DNA of 64,000 nt from Candidatus Poribacteria bacterium (GTDB lineage: Bacteria > Poribacteria > WGA-4E > PCPOR2b): the NCBI GenBank assembly GCA_965218095.1, contig OZ244587.1:4256001-4320000 (forward strand), written 5' to 3'. The notes below the pieces were generated by a model. It ran no database searches. It had not been told where the DNA came from and saw only the letters and a program-made list of their open reading frames with translations. Position 1 is the stretch's first letter, and each line of letters begins with the position of its first letter. Below, one piece after another: positions 19,296-29,875 of the stretch. Position numbers and translations under genes: made by a program.

Positions 19296-22200
19296 ATGAG
19301 ACTCTCCTTACGCAATACGCAATACACAATATGCCCCATATTTCACATTTCACGTGCTAGATTTTTTTTATGCTTCCTCCGGGTTTTTCTTTTCAGCCTC
19401 CCAATTGCTCCCGCCCAACAGCACGATGCTGACGAAATCATCACGGCGGTGATACGCCACCAAAATCTCGGATTAGCGTACCTCGAAGAGTCTCAGCTAG
19501 GCCAAGGCATTGAGCAATTTCAGCGGCTCGTGAACCTGGTGCCTGACGAACCCATCGGTTACGGCAACCTCGCCGTTGCATATCTACGCCTCAAGAAAAG
19601 CGAGGAAGCCGAGGGGTGGGTTAAGCGGGGACTCGAAGTTGATCCGATGAACAGCCAGTTGCATTTCATTCTCGCGGAGATCTACCAATCGCAGGGCAGA
19701 ACGGAGAAAGCAGTTGCGGCGATTCAAGAGGCGGTGAAGCTCGCACCTAACAATCCGGAGGCGCGATACAAACTAGTGCGTCACTACTTGGCTCAACGGA
19801 ACAACCCGGAGGCAACCGATCAGGCAATCGCCCATCTGCGGGTGCTGCGTCAGCAATCCCTAACCAACGTAGTGGTGCTGATCAAATTGGCGCAATCCTT
19901 TTTACAGCGTGAACGGACTGAGGAAGCAAAGCAGATCTGTATGGTGTTGAATGCGCTGCTGTGGGATGTCGATGAAGAATTCCTGAAGTATTTGAAACAG
20001 GGACTGCTCCTGATAGACCAGGGTGACGCCAAAGGTGCAGCCCGATATCTTCGGATTTTTGATAATGTTCAAAAGCGGAGCCCCCGTTACCAGCAAGGGA
20101 TTGGAGAACTCGTGACCAACATCTTGGGACATCCAATTGAGGAGTTCAGTTCCGGTTTCAGGGCACGGGTGAAAGCGAAGCAGAGCCCGCCAATCCAGAT
20201 ACGTTTTGTCGATGTCACCCAAGAGTTGGGGCTCTCTGATCTGGAGGGAAAGCGGGTTAAGGTTATCGTGACAGACTACGATAACGATGGCGATCTGGAT
20301 GTGTACACTTTGTACAATCCAATGACAAGGAATCTCACCTTTCAGGCCAACCTTTTCCGGAATGAAGACAGAAAATTTGTTTACGCCGCAGAACTGGCAG
20401 TGGGTGGGGGAGATGCGGCTGCCTTTGCTGATTTGGATAAGGATGGCGACCAAGATCTGTATGTGTCAACTGGCGAGGGTAATATGTTTTTCCGCAACGA
20501 AGGAGATGACAAATTCACAGAGATTGCGGAAGCTGCGGGGATTCATGGCGATGGTGGCGGGCAAGTAGTCTCTTTTGTCGATTACGATCATGACGGCGAT
20601 CTGGATCTGTTCACGACAGGTGACCGGGTAGAGATGGATCGCAACAATTCGGATGGCACATTCAGTGATGTGGGCGATCAGACCTTCCTTCCATCCGATC
20701 GTCCCGGTGCTAGAGGTGCAGCCTTTGGAGACTTTGACGACGACGGCGATACTGATATTTTTGTCATAAACGATCAGACCGGTTGTACACTCTACACAAA
20801 CCTTCGCCAGGGGCGAATGCAGTCGATAACTCGTGAAACAGGGATTCCGCAAGATGACCCCTTCACAGCGGTTGCGGTTGGCGATTACGACAATGACGGA
20901 GATCTCGATCTTTTTCTGGCAACGAATGGCGAAACACCTCATCAACTTTACCGCAATCGCGGGGATGGTACATTTGCTCCCGATATCCGTTCGCACGAGC
21001 AAACACTAAGTGCAACAGACGGTGTTCATGGCTTAGATGCGCATTTCCTCGATTATGACAACAACGGTTTTTTGGATCTGTGGTTAATCAGTAAGCGACG
21101 AGAAGGTGATGGACGAGGGGTTTTTCTATTTCGGAATGACGGCACAGGGAGGTTTGTCGAGGCTCCAGACCTACTGCCTGACACAGTCCGAAACGGTCTT
21201 GATGGGGCAGTCGGTGATTATGACAACGACGGAGATCTCGATCTCTTCCTGATTGACGCTAATGATCGGGTAGTCGCGCTGCGTAACGAGGGCGGCAACC
21301 AAAACGGTTGGCTGCAAGTTCGGCTGGAAGGTGTAAACGCCGGGAACAACAAGAACAACATTGACGGCATCGGATCCAAAGTGGAACTCAAGGTCGGTGA
21401 GCTCTACCAGATGAAATACGTCACTGATCCGATGACGCATTTCGGTTTGGGGGCTGTGGAACGGGCGGATGTGCTGCGAGTGATTTGGTCCAATGGCGTG
21501 CCGCAAAACGCCATCCTGCCCAAGGCGAATCAGCGCATCCACGAAAAACAGGTTCTGAAAGGCTCCTGTCCATTCCTTTACATCTACGATGGCGAGGGCT
21601 ATCGGTTTTTGACAGACCTCTTGTGGCGCAGCCCGCTTGGGCTAGTCACGCCGATGGGATTCCTTGCACCCGCTGAAACCGCAGATTACGTTAAAATCCG
21701 CGGAGATCTCATGAAACTGAAAGCCGGCGTCTATTCACTTCAGGTCACGGAGGAGCTTTGGGAGATCGCCTATTTTGATCAGGTCAAGCTCCTCGCCGTA
21801 GACCACCCCGCAGGAACACAGATATTCGTTGATGAAAAATATACCGCCCCGCCATTTCCTGAATTCAAAATCTACACGGCAAAAGAAGTCCATCAACCGC
21901 GTGCGGCATTCGATCATCACGGAAACGATGTCTCCGACGCGCTCAAGGAATTCGACTATCATTATACAGTTGAGCACGAGCCGGGAACGTTTCAGGGCGT
22001 CGTTAAACCACACTTCATCGTTCTCGATCTCGGCGATGCGTCAAACGATCAACCGCTTACCCTATTCCTCACCGGTTGGATCTTTCCCACGGATACGAGC
22101 ATCAACGTTGCCCTCTCCCAGAACCCTTCGATTACCCCAAACTTCCCCTACGTCCAAGTGCGCGACACTCAGGGCAGATGGCAAACAGTCATCGACACAA

Positions 22201-22835
22201 TTGGGGTTCCAGCGGGAAAGAACAAGACCATCGCCGTGGATTTGACGGGGAGATTTCTTTCGTCAGATCGCCAGGTAAGAATCGTGACAAATATGCAGAT
22301 CTACTGGGATTCAGCGTTCTTTACAATTGGGCAGGAAAACGTGCCAATCCGCGTAACAGAATTGTCTCCGCATCGCGCCGATCTCCACTATCGTGGTTTC
22401 TCCGAAATGTATCGCCCAACTCCGCATGCGCCGCATCTGTTTGATTACAAAAACGTTGTGAAGGAGAGACAATGGCGTGATTTGGGAGGCTATTACACCC
22501 GGTACGGAGATGTAACGCCACTGCTGCAACACATTGATGATATGTACGTCATCTTGAATGCAGGGGACGAGATGACTGTCGAATTTGACGCGGCTCAGTT
22601 ACCGCCGTTGAAAGAGGGGTGGGCGCGAGATTTTATCCTCTTCAGCGATGGGTGGGATAAAGATGGCGACATCAATACACTCTTATCGCAGACTGTTGAT
22701 CCTTTACCATTTCACGGTATGTCCGCCTATCCGTACCCCGACGAGGAAAGTTATCCTGACGATTTGGAGCATCTGCGTTATCGGCTAGAGTACAATACAC
22801 GGCGCGTGACTTATGGACTGCCGCCCCTCAAGTGA
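19296..22835 (+). CDS. Secreted TPR + FG-GAP/VCBS repeat + ASPIC/UnbV protein (CRTAC1-like)
   Basis: Signal peptide, N-terminal TPRs, about 7 DYDNDGDLD repeats, NIDGIGSKV...HFGLG...VIWSNG ASPIC domain, GSCPFLY C-terminal domain. Confidence 0.88.
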   Translation: MRLSLRNTQYTICPIFHISRARFFLCFLRVFLFSLPIAPAQQHDADEIITAVIRHQNLGLAYLEESQLGQGIEQFQRLVNLVPDEPIGYGNLAVAYLRLKKSEEAEGWVKRGLEVDPMNSQLHFILAEIYQSQGRTEKAVAAIQEAVKLAPNNPEARYKLVRHYLAQRNNPEATDQAIAHLRVLRQQSLTNVVVLIKLAQSFLQRERTEEAKQICMVLNALLWDVDEEFLKYLKQGLLLIDQGDAKGAARYLRIFDNVQKRSPRYQQGIGELVTNILGHPIEEFSSGFRARVKAKQSPPIQIRFVDVTQELGLSDLEGKRVKVIVTDYDNDGDLDVYTLYNPMTRNLTFQANLFRNEDRKFVYAAELAVGGGDAAAFADLDKDGDQDLYVSTGEGNMFFRNEGDDKFTEIAEAAGIHGDGGGQVVSFVDYDHDGDLDLFTTGDRVEMDRNNSDGTFSDVGDQTFLPSDRPGARGAAFGDFDDDGDTDIFVINDQTGCTLYTNLRQGRMQSITRETGIPQDDPFTAVAVGDYDNDGDLDLFLATNGETPHQLYRNRGDGTFAPDIRSHEQTLSATDGVHGLDAHFLDYDNNGFLDLWLISKRREGDGRGVFLFRNDGTGRFVEAPDLLPDTVRNGLDGAVGDYDNDGDLDLFLIDANDRVVALRNEGGNQNGWLQVRLEGVNAGNNKNNIDGIGSKVELKVGELYQMKYVTDPMTHFGLGAVERADVLRVIWSNGVPQNAILPKANQRIHEKQVLKGSCPFLYIYDGEGYRFLTDLLWRSPLGLVTPMGFLAPAETADYVKIRGDLMKLKAGVYSLQVTEELWEIAYFDQVKLLAVDHPAGTQIFVDEKYTAPPFPEFKIYTAKEVHQPRAAFDHHGNDVSDALKEFDYHYTVEHEPGTFQGVVKPHFIVLDLGDASNDQPLTLFLTGWIFPTDTSINVALSQNPSITPNFPYVQVRDTQGRWQTVIDTIGVPAGKNKTIAVDLTGRFLSSDRQVRIVTNMQIYWDSAFFTIGQENVPIRVTELSPHRADLHYRGFSEMYRPTPHAPHLFDYKNVVKERQWRDLGGYYTRYGDVTPLLQHIDDMYVILNAGDEMTVEFDAAQLPPLKEGWARDFILFSDGWDKDGDINTLLSQTVDPLPFHGMSAYPYPDEESYPDDLEHLRYRLEYNTRRVTYGLPPLK

Positions 22836-22979
22836 ATATTCTCATGCGTATGACGCATCACGAATAGTTTCACCACTTTATGTTCAGGGCAAAACGAGGG
22901 CGGTTGCTCAAGTTTATGCTCCCCGCGTAAGCGCAAAGGTAGGGGTTTTGCTTGATTGCAGATTTGCCTACACTGTGTG

Positions 22980-23130
22980 ACACGGATTGCGCAACAGCCA
23001 TCATCTCCATTTCAGAATTCATTCGCAGCATCATCCGAAGCGGGTGCAAAATGTATGGTGAACCGACTTTGTCTTTTTGTCCTTAGTGCGCCTGCACAGC
23101 AAGTAATATCGCTTTCTCAAGGGTAGACAT
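22980..23130 (-). pseudogene. HD-domain ((p)ppGpp hydrolase-like) N-terminal remnant
   Basis: MSTLEKAILLAVQAH*GQKDKVGSPYILHPLRMM matches the AH-GQ-DK-G-PYI-HP motif; in-frame TAA at 23083. Confidence 0.7.
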
Positions 23131-23260
23131 ATTTTCTCCTTGTTTTTCAGTGTAACAAGGTTCAATCAAGGGTGTCAATGACTCTTTTACGTAAAAACGC
23201 CTGCCAAACCCATAGAGAACATTCCTTTCAAAAGGGTATAGTGGAGCATCGTGTTTGTAC

Positions 23261-23289
23261 TTGACAGCATGTATCATGGGTGCTATACT
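23261..23289 (+). promoter_or_regulatory. Sigma-70 promoter of the YCF48-like gene
   Basis: TTGACA-17-TATACT with extended TG. Confidence 0.75.
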
Positions 23290-23321
23290 AAATGAAAACC
23301 ATGAAAGGAGTCATTGAATCA

Positions 23322-24353
23322 ATGTCCAAAAAGCGGTTATTCCTGTTAGGAATTATTGTATTGGCGGCGTGCATGGCAAGTGTGCTCTATGCTAGCGGAA
23401 CATGGAACATTTTACTGGAGCGGGACCCGGAGATTCGGGATTATTTTGCAATTACTTTTGTTAGCCCAAAGGAAGGTTGGGTCGCTGGGGATGCGCCTTT
23501 AGACATGGATAGTCCAGGATATATTGGTCACACCAAAGATGGTGGCAAAAGTTGGGAGAAGGCGGAAGTCCGGATCGATAAAACCCTCTCAGATATCTAC
23601 TTTGTTGATAAGAAAAACGGTTGGGCCGTCGGCGACGCCGGCATGATTGTTGGCACAAACGACGGCGGCAAGCGCTGGAACATCCAGACGAGTAAAGTCG
23701 ACAATTGGCTTTATGGTGTTCACTTCGTGAATGCGAAGATGGGCTACGCCGTTGGCAAAGGGGAAACCGTCCTCCAAACAAAAAACGGCAAAAGCTGGAA
23801 GCTTCTACGCGGTGGTGAAATTCCCAGTGGGGTCGGTGATGAGCCTGAAGGTGTTTTCTATGCCGTCCACTTTATTGATGAATTAACAGGTTGGGCAGCA
23901 GGTATTTTTGTGGATCCGACTGCTGATACGCAAAACAGCACGATAAAAAAAACCACTGATGGTGGCCAGACCTGGGTTGATCAGCCGACAAACACTGAGA
24001 TTTCTCTCAGAGATATTTTCTTCGTGGACGCCTCTAATGGATGGACGGTTGGAGATGACGGACTTGTGCTTCACACCACAAATGGCGGCGATACCTGGAA
24101 AATTCAAGCGAGTGGAACAGAGGAAAAGCTATTGAGTGTTAGCTTTGCCGACAAGAATGTGGGTTGGGCAGTCGGCGGTGATACGGGCGTCAGTGTTATC
24201 ATTCACACAACCGACAGCGGAGAAACATGGGAAATGCAGCCCATTCAGCATACCCGTATCAGCAAAGTGCCCGCAAATGGTGTTTGTGTTCTGGATGCAG
24301 ATAAGGTTTGGGTTACTGGTAACAATGGTTTCGTCGCGTCATATTCAAAGTAG
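23322..24353 (+). CDS. YCF48-related secreted beta-propeller (BNR/Asp-box repeats)
   Basis: Signal peptide; repeated F-VD-xx-GWAVG...TxDGGxxW units. Confidence 0.88.
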   Translation: MSKKRLFLLGIIVLAACMASVLYASGTWNILLERDPEIRDYFAITFVSPKEGWVAGDAPLDMDSPGYIGHTKDGGKSWEKAEVRIDKTLSDIYFVDKKNGWAVGDAGMIVGTNDGGKRWNIQTSKVDNWLYGVHFVNAKMGYAVGKGETVLQTKNGKSWKLLRGGEIPSGVGDEPEGVFYAVHFIDELTGWAAGIFVDPTADTQNSTIKKTTDGGQTWVDQPTNTEISLRDIFFVDASNGWTVGDDGLVLHTTNGGDTWKIQASGTEEKLLSVSFADKNVGWAVGGDTGVSVIIHTTDSGETWEMQPIQHTRISKVPANGVCVLDADKVWVTGNNGFVASYSK

Positions 24354-24494
24354 CCTCATGAGGTGATGTTCCCTCTTAAAACTATCCGAAAAGTCAGTGG
24401 CTGCTCAACTTCAGTTGGGGAAATTCCCATTAAAGCGCGATAGACATGAGGTCTTAAACACCAAAATCTGATTTTCAAAAATGGAGAAAGGTGA

Positions 24495-25661
24495 ATGAAT
24501 TTTGCAGCTCGAATGAGCCGCCTGGGGACTGAATCTGCCTTCGAGGTGCTCGCCAAAGCAAAAGGACTGGAGGCGCAAGGCAGAGACATTATCCACCTCG
24601 AAATTGGTCAGCCAGATTTTGTAACCCCCATGAATATCTGTGAGGCAGCGTTTAAGGCAATGAAGGATGGTCACACAGGATATGGACCATCTGCTGGTTT
24701 GCTGGAATTTCGTGAAATTGTTGCTGACCATATTTCGGAAACGCGGGGCGTCGAGATTCATCCGGATGAAGTCACCGTCACCTCCGGCGCCAAGCCTATC
24801 ATTTTTTTCACGATTCTGGCGCTTGTCGATGAAGGAGATGAGGTAATCTATCCGGATCCCGGGTTTCCGATTTATGAATCTGTGATCGACTTCATTAGCG
24901 GGAAGGCTGTTCCGCTTCCCTTGCGTGAGGAGGTTGATTTCCGTTTTCGGATTGATGATCTTGTTTCGGCAATTTCAGATCGGACAAAGCTGCTGATCAT
25001 CAACTCGCCCCAAAATCCAACCGGCGGCACGCTGGAAAAAAGCGATTTAGAAGCCATCACAGCGTTGGCAACCAAACACGATTTTTATGTGCTAACGGAT
25101 GAGGTTTACTCGCGGATCCTTTATGAGGGTGCTCATGAAAGCCCTATCAATCACCCTGGTATGAAGGAACGAACCATCTTGATTGATGGGCATTCTAAAA
25201 CGTACGCGATGACTGGGTGGCGGTTGGGCTACGGAATCGCTCCGAAAGAGATAGCTGACAAGATTACGCAGTTGACAATCAATTCTAACTCGTGTACCGC
25301 GACTTTCACACAAATTGCGGGGATCGAAGCCCTGAGGGGGCCGCAAGATTCTGTCACGGAAATGGTTGCCGAGTTCAAGAAACGACGGGATGTGATTGTT
25401 GACGGCCTCAATGCGATTGAAGGTGTGAGTTGCATAAAACCGCTCGGCGCTTTCTACGCGTTTCCGAATGTCACGCAACTTCCGGTTTCTTGTCAAGAAC
25501 TCTCGGACTACCTGCTTGATGAAGGGGGCGTCGCCCTGTTGCCCGGTACGGCTTTCGGCAAATTTGGCGATGGATATTTGAGGCTCTCCTATGCAAATTC
25601 ACTGGAGAATATACGCGAAGCCTTAACCTGTATGGATGCAGCAATTTCAAAGATCCGGTAG
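24495..25661 (+). CDS. PLP-dependent aminotransferase class I/II (aspartate aminotransferase-like)
   Basis: GQPDF, NSPQNPTG, DEVY, SKTYAMTGWRLG, YLRLSYA. Confidence 0.93.
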   Translation: MNFAARMSRLGTESAFEVLAKAKGLEAQGRDIIHLEIGQPDFVTPMNICEAAFKAMKDGHTGYGPSAGLLEFREIVADHISETRGVEIHPDEVTVTSGAKPIIFFTILALVDEGDEVIYPDPGFPIYESVIDFISGKAVPLPLREEVDFRFRIDDLVSAISDRTKLLIINSPQNPTGGTLEKSDLEAITALATKHDFYVLTDEVYSRILYEGAHESPINHPGMKERTILIDGHSKTYAMTGWRLGYGIAPKEIADKITQLTINSNSCTATFTQIAGIEALRGPQDSVTEMVAEFKKRRDVIVDGLNAIEGVSCIKPLGAFYAFPNVTQLPVSCQELSDYLLDEGGVALLPGTAFGKFGDGYLRLSYANSLENIREALTCMDAAISKIR

Positions 25662-25700
25662 TTGCTAAGGTCTGCATTGCTGAAGTTAGCAGGCGATATT

Positions 25701-25799
25701 ATGCACGAACGTATTTCAATTGATCCGAACGTATGCCACGGACAGGCATGTCTAGAGATAAGGAAACCGCGGGATGGAAATCCTTTCTTCGCCCCGTAA
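25701..25799 (+). pseudogene. DUF433 (antitoxin-like) N-terminal remnant
   Basis: MHERISIDPNVCHGQACL matches the DUF433 start, then diverges. Confidence 0.6.
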
Positions 25800-26700
25800 A
25801 GCAACCGCTCGTATTCCAGCAAGCACAACAAACTTAGGCCCCGGTTTTGATGTCCTTGGGCTCGCACTCCAACTTTATAGCACGGTCGAGCTTGAGGAGA
25901 TTGACGACGGCGCCGAAATTGTTATCCGTGGCATTGATTCGGAGGTGATTTCAAGCGACACCGATAACATCGCCTATCGCGCAGCCGCTTTGGTTTTTGA
26001 TTGCTATGGGTATAAACCCAAAGGGCTGAGATTGGTTTTAACGAATGGCATTCCTGCAATTCGGGGATTGGGCGGCAGCGGCACAGCAATCCTCGGTGGG
26101 CTGTTGACGGCAAACGCCCTTTGTCATGAGCCTTTTTCCCGTTCTGAATTACTCGATTTTGCCACTAAGCTCGACGGGCATCCAGATAATGTTACGGCAT
26201 CGCTGTTAGGCGGCTTAGTCGTATCCGTGATGCAAGGCCGTCACGTGCACTCAATTAAATTAGATTGTGGTTCAGAGTTGCGCGTTGTCGTGGCAATCCC
26301 TGACTTTCCATTGTCAACCAAACAGGCACGTAGCGTCTTACCCCAAACCGTTCAGTTTCCTGACGCCATCTACAACGTGAGTCGATCTTCATTCCTTGTC
26401 GCAGCAATTGCAACCGGCAATTTAGAGATGTTATCGCTTGCAATGGCAGATCGACTCCATCAACCGTATCGAACCTCCTTGATTCCTGGGTTTGATGAAG
26501 TGGCTGAATCCGCAATGTGTGCAGGTGCACTAAGTGTGGCGTTAAGTGGAGCAGGCCCAAGCATTGCGGCTTACTGCACGACATCGACGCAGGAAGTCGC
26601 TTTGCAGATGAGCCAGGCATTTGCACAGCATCAGATTTCTTGTGATGTTAAGATTCTATCTATCGATTCCATCGGCGCAGCCGTGCGAATCAGTAAATGA
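25774..26700 (+). CDS. thrB: Homoserine kinase
   Basis: PASTTNLGPGFDVLG, PAIRGLGGSG, GHPDN, DRLHQPYR, SGAGPS. Confidence 0.95.
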   Translation: MEILSSPRKATARIPASTTNLGPGFDVLGLALQLYSTVELEEIDDGAEIVIRGIDSEVISSDTDNIAYRAAALVFDCYGYKPKGLRLVLTNGIPAIRGLGGSGTAILGGLLTANALCHEPFSRSELLDFATKLDGHPDNVTASLLGGLVVSVMQGRHVHSIKLDCGSELRVVVAIPDFPLSTKQARSVLPQTVQFPDAIYNVSRSSFLVAAIATGNLEMLSLAMADRLHQPYRTSLIPGFDEVAESAMCAGALSVALSGAGPSIAAYCTTSTQEVALQMSQAFAQHQISCDVKILSIDSIGAAVRISK

Positions 26701-26771
26701 GTGAATAAAGCAAGACAAGATTCGCTGATTTTTCCCTTCCTCCTCCTTTTCTAGCCTTTCCTCAGATCAGT

Positions 26772-29534
26772 ATGTCCAATTGGTACACCCAAAAAATTCC
26801 ATACCTTCTGCATGAATTCAAGACCGACCTCGAACGTGGATTGAGTCGTGAAGAGGCGAGTGCCCAACAACGTAGATTTGGCAGCAACCAGATCCAACAG
26901 GCTCACGAAAGTTCACTGTTCATTCTCTTTCTGAAGCAATTTTCCAATTTAACGGTCATTCTCCTGTTTGTTGTTATCTGCATCTTTTTCTACTTTCAGC
27001 ATGCAATTCACGAGGCGTTGGTGCTTTTTGCTATTCTTTGCTTCCATATCCTTTGGCGATTCATTCAGAAAGGAAAAATGCACTATCAACTCCGGTCCAT
27101 CAAACAGCATTTGGAGATGAGTGTATCGGTCATTCGTGGTGGGACTGTTATCAAACTTCCACCCACGGCGATTGTCCCCGGCGATCTGTTTCTCCTTGCT
27201 GAAGGGGATTATATTGCCGCTGATGCCCGCATCGTTGATGCTAATGCCCTACTTGTTGATGAGACCTCGCTGTTTGGGACAACGACGCTCGCTGAAAAAA
27301 CCGATGAAGACATTTCTGCCCCAGGTTTGCCGCCTGAAAAACAGAGGAATATGGTTTTCGCTGGTACATACGTCCTTGAGGGAGAAGCGCGGGCAATTGT
27401 TGTTGCAACTAGCAAACAATTGGAGATAAACAATCCCAGTCGGCGTATGCCCCCGATTCTCGATTTGGATTCGGAAGTGGAAGTGCAGATGGGAATTTTT
27501 CACGACCATTTCCGGATCGCCGGTGGGATATTTGGAGGCGCAGCGATTATCGCTGCTCTGTTGTTCCAAGAGAAAAGTATCGAGGAAAACTGGAGTGAAC
27601 TCCTTTTTCTCGGATTAGGTTTTGTTATCGCTTCGATTCCTGAAGGGGTTGTTTCAACAAGTCGAGCCATCCTTGCTGAACACGCCTATAAGCTCTTAGG
27701 AAAAGGGGTGGCGATTCGTAATCTCATCAATTTGGAAAGGTTGAGCGGTGTTACGGCGGTTTGCATCGATGAAATCGGAAACTTTACGAGAAAGGAGATG
27801 ACTGCTTCGCACGTTTTTGTAGATGAACGTCTTGTGGATCGGGAAATATGGGAAGCTTGGCTGAAATCCCTTGAGAGGAGGACACCAAATGAAATTGATG
27901 AAGATTCAATCCCGACGACGTTGCCGAATTCACAGGTGCCTCCAGAATTTCCGCTGTTGATATTGCTCGCAGGCCGCTGTGCTGGCAATCGTCGCGCGGG
28001 GACGGAGCTGAATCAAACCTCTACTTTGGTGGAAGCAAGTATTGACAACACGCTAAAGCAAATTGCAGAAAAAATCGGATTTGATTTGGAGCGTTACGAT
28101 TCTGCTTTCACCAAAATTGATGAACTGCCTCAGATGCCAGAACGGCCATACAAAACGCTCGTTTTTGCGATCCAGGGGGGAAATTTTTTACATTTGATGT
28201 TCGGCGATGCAGAAGCTATTTTACAGGCTTGCCATCGCATTCAACTACATGGAACAATCGATTATATGAGCGTTAATCAGGAGGAGTTGACACGCCAAGC
28301 GATTCAATACCTATCAGATAGCAAGACCCAGGTCTTTGCCCTCGCTTATCGAAACCTGAGCACTCCTCCCTCTCAGCCGGAGATGAAGCGCAACATGACG
28401 TTTTTGGGTTTGATTGCTTTTACGCAGCTTGAGCACCCGGATTCAAAGAAGATTATCCAATCCTGTCTTGATGCTGGACTCAAAATCGTCACGATAACAG
28501 AAAAAAGCCGGAATATGGCTTCGGATATTGCGAAGGAACTCGGCATTATTCGGGATACAAACGCTGTGGTTGCGAAGGAAGATCTGGACGAGTTTAGCGA
28601 TGCGCATTATGAATCGATCGTGGATCGCTTACTTGTATATTGCCGTCCTTCTCCTGAACAGAAGTTGAATATTGTGCAACATCTGAAACGTCACGAGCAT
28701 CGCGTCGGCTTTTGGGGGAAATCTCCTCAAGATTTACGGGCAATGCGCGTTGCCGATGTGAGTTGTGCTTCTGCCTCTCATTCATCGCATGTTGTCCAAC
28801 AGCATGCGGCGTGTTTGGTACTCAAGGACGGTTTTCATATCATCGCCGATCTGCTACTTCATGTTCGGGAATCGTATCTCAACTTGAGGAGTTCGATGCG
28901 TTGGCTGCTCTCTTCCAGCCTAGCACAGTTAATCACGCTTATTGTTGGAGGTGTGCTGCCTTATCTTGAATCCATTTTTCCACTGTTAGGTAGACTACCA
29001 GCGCCTTTGACCCTTCTTCAGATTATTTGGGTTCACCTGCTCATCAATCTAATCCCACTGATGGGGCTGGGGCATGATCGTATCCGTGGAGAGTTGAGGT
29101 ATATCAGACGTCAGGAGGTTCCGCCGTTCCTCTCGAAACCTGATTTCTCCGATATGTTGTTGCGGAGTCTTGTCATTACATCAATGACCATTTTTAGCTT
29201 TGTTTTTACATTTGTGAGTGCAGAGGCAGCCAAGCAGAGCGCCCATACCGCGGCGCAAACGGCGGCATGTACAACGTTGATTTTTACACAATTGGTCTCG
29301 AACTTCCAATGCCACCGCCATTTCTGGGAATCAGTCTTCCAAAGGATAAAGGCGAATCTTCCTTTATTCTTCACCATTCTTGCGTGCATGGCGTTGCATC
29401 TGGCAATTGTCTATCTGCCAACCACACAGCAGATATTCAGTTTCTCCCCGCTTTTCAAAGCGTGGCAGTGGATACTCCCATTCTGCGGCATTTTGACGTT
29501 TTTGCCCTTGAACCTCACGCTCCAGCGACGTTAA
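26772..29534 (+). CDS. P-type II cation-transporting ATPase homologue with degenerate catalytic motifs
   Basis: GLS...FGSN, IVPGD, ADAR, IPEG, RPSPEQK architecture and about 10 TMs; DKTGT reads DEIGN, TGES reads FGTT, GDGVND reads GKSPQD. Confidence 0.85.
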   Translation: MSNWYTQKIPYLLHEFKTDLERGLSREEASAQQRRFGSNQIQQAHESSLFILFLKQFSNLTVILLFVVICIFFYFQHAIHEALVLFAILCFHILWRFIQKGKMHYQLRSIKQHLEMSVSVIRGGTVIKLPPTAIVPGDLFLLAEGDYIAADARIVDANALLVDETSLFGTTTLAEKTDEDISAPGLPPEKQRNMVFAGTYVLEGEARAIVVATSKQLEINNPSRRMPPILDLDSEVEVQMGIFHDHFRIAGGIFGGAAIIAALLFQEKSIEENWSELLFLGLGFVIASIPEGVVSTSRAILAEHAYKLLGKGVAIRNLINLERLSGVTAVCIDEIGNFTRKEMTASHVFVDERLVDREIWEAWLKSLERRTPNEIDEDSIPTTLPNSQVPPEFPLLILLAGRCAGNRRAGTELNQTSTLVEASIDNTLKQIAEKIGFDLERYDSAFTKIDELPQMPERPYKTLVFAIQGGNFLHLMFGDAEAILQACHRIQLHGTIDYMSVNQEELTRQAIQYLSDSKTQVFALAYRNLSTPPSQPEMKRNMTFLGLIAFTQLEHPDSKKIIQSCLDAGLKIVTITEKSRNMASDIAKELGIIRDTNAVVAKEDLDEFSDAHYESIVDRLLVYCRPSPEQKLNIVQHLKRHEHRVGFWGKSPQDLRAMRVADVSCASASHSSHVVQQHAACLVLKDGFHIIADLLLHVRESYLNLRSSMRWLLSSSLAQLITLIVGGVLPYLESIFPLLGRLPAPLTLLQIIWVHLLINLIPLMGLGHDRIRGELRYIRRQEVPPFLSKPDFSDMLLRSLVITSMTIFSFVFTFVSAEAAKQSAHTAAQTAACTTLIFTQLVSNFQCHRHFWESVFQRIKANLPLFFTILACMALHLAIVYLPTTQQIFSFSPLFKAWQWILPFCGILTFLPLNLTLQRR

Positions 29535-29875
29535 TCAATTCAGCTTTTACAGTGCAAATGGCTTGACCGCAAAATCTTCCAGCGTTATCGTGAAACTCCG
29601 CCATCCCCCCGTTACGGCAAACACAACGATGACTTCACAACCAACTCCGATCGTCAGCATCACCAGATTGCGCGCCAGGGGGTAATTGGGAGTCAAGCTA
29701 AACCCATCATACGAATATTTTAACTCGACAATGTTAAGTTAGACAGCAGATCCAGTTATGACGCGGCTTCTCAAGTTCGGTTGTTTGACTTCAAACCCTG
29801 ATGAAATCAGGATTTACGTGGTAATTTAACATTGTCAAATTAACATTAATTGAGTGAATTGGTACGGAGAACTTT

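Noticed and set aside
22916-22933. ATGCTCCCCGCGTAAGCG resembles half of a type I-E CRISPR repeat
   Set aside because: Single partial copy, no spacers, no cas genes; no CRISPR array anywhere in the window
29798-29806. CTGATGA as a hammerhead ribozyme core
   Set aside because: It lies within a simple palindrome; the required three-stem arrangement is absent
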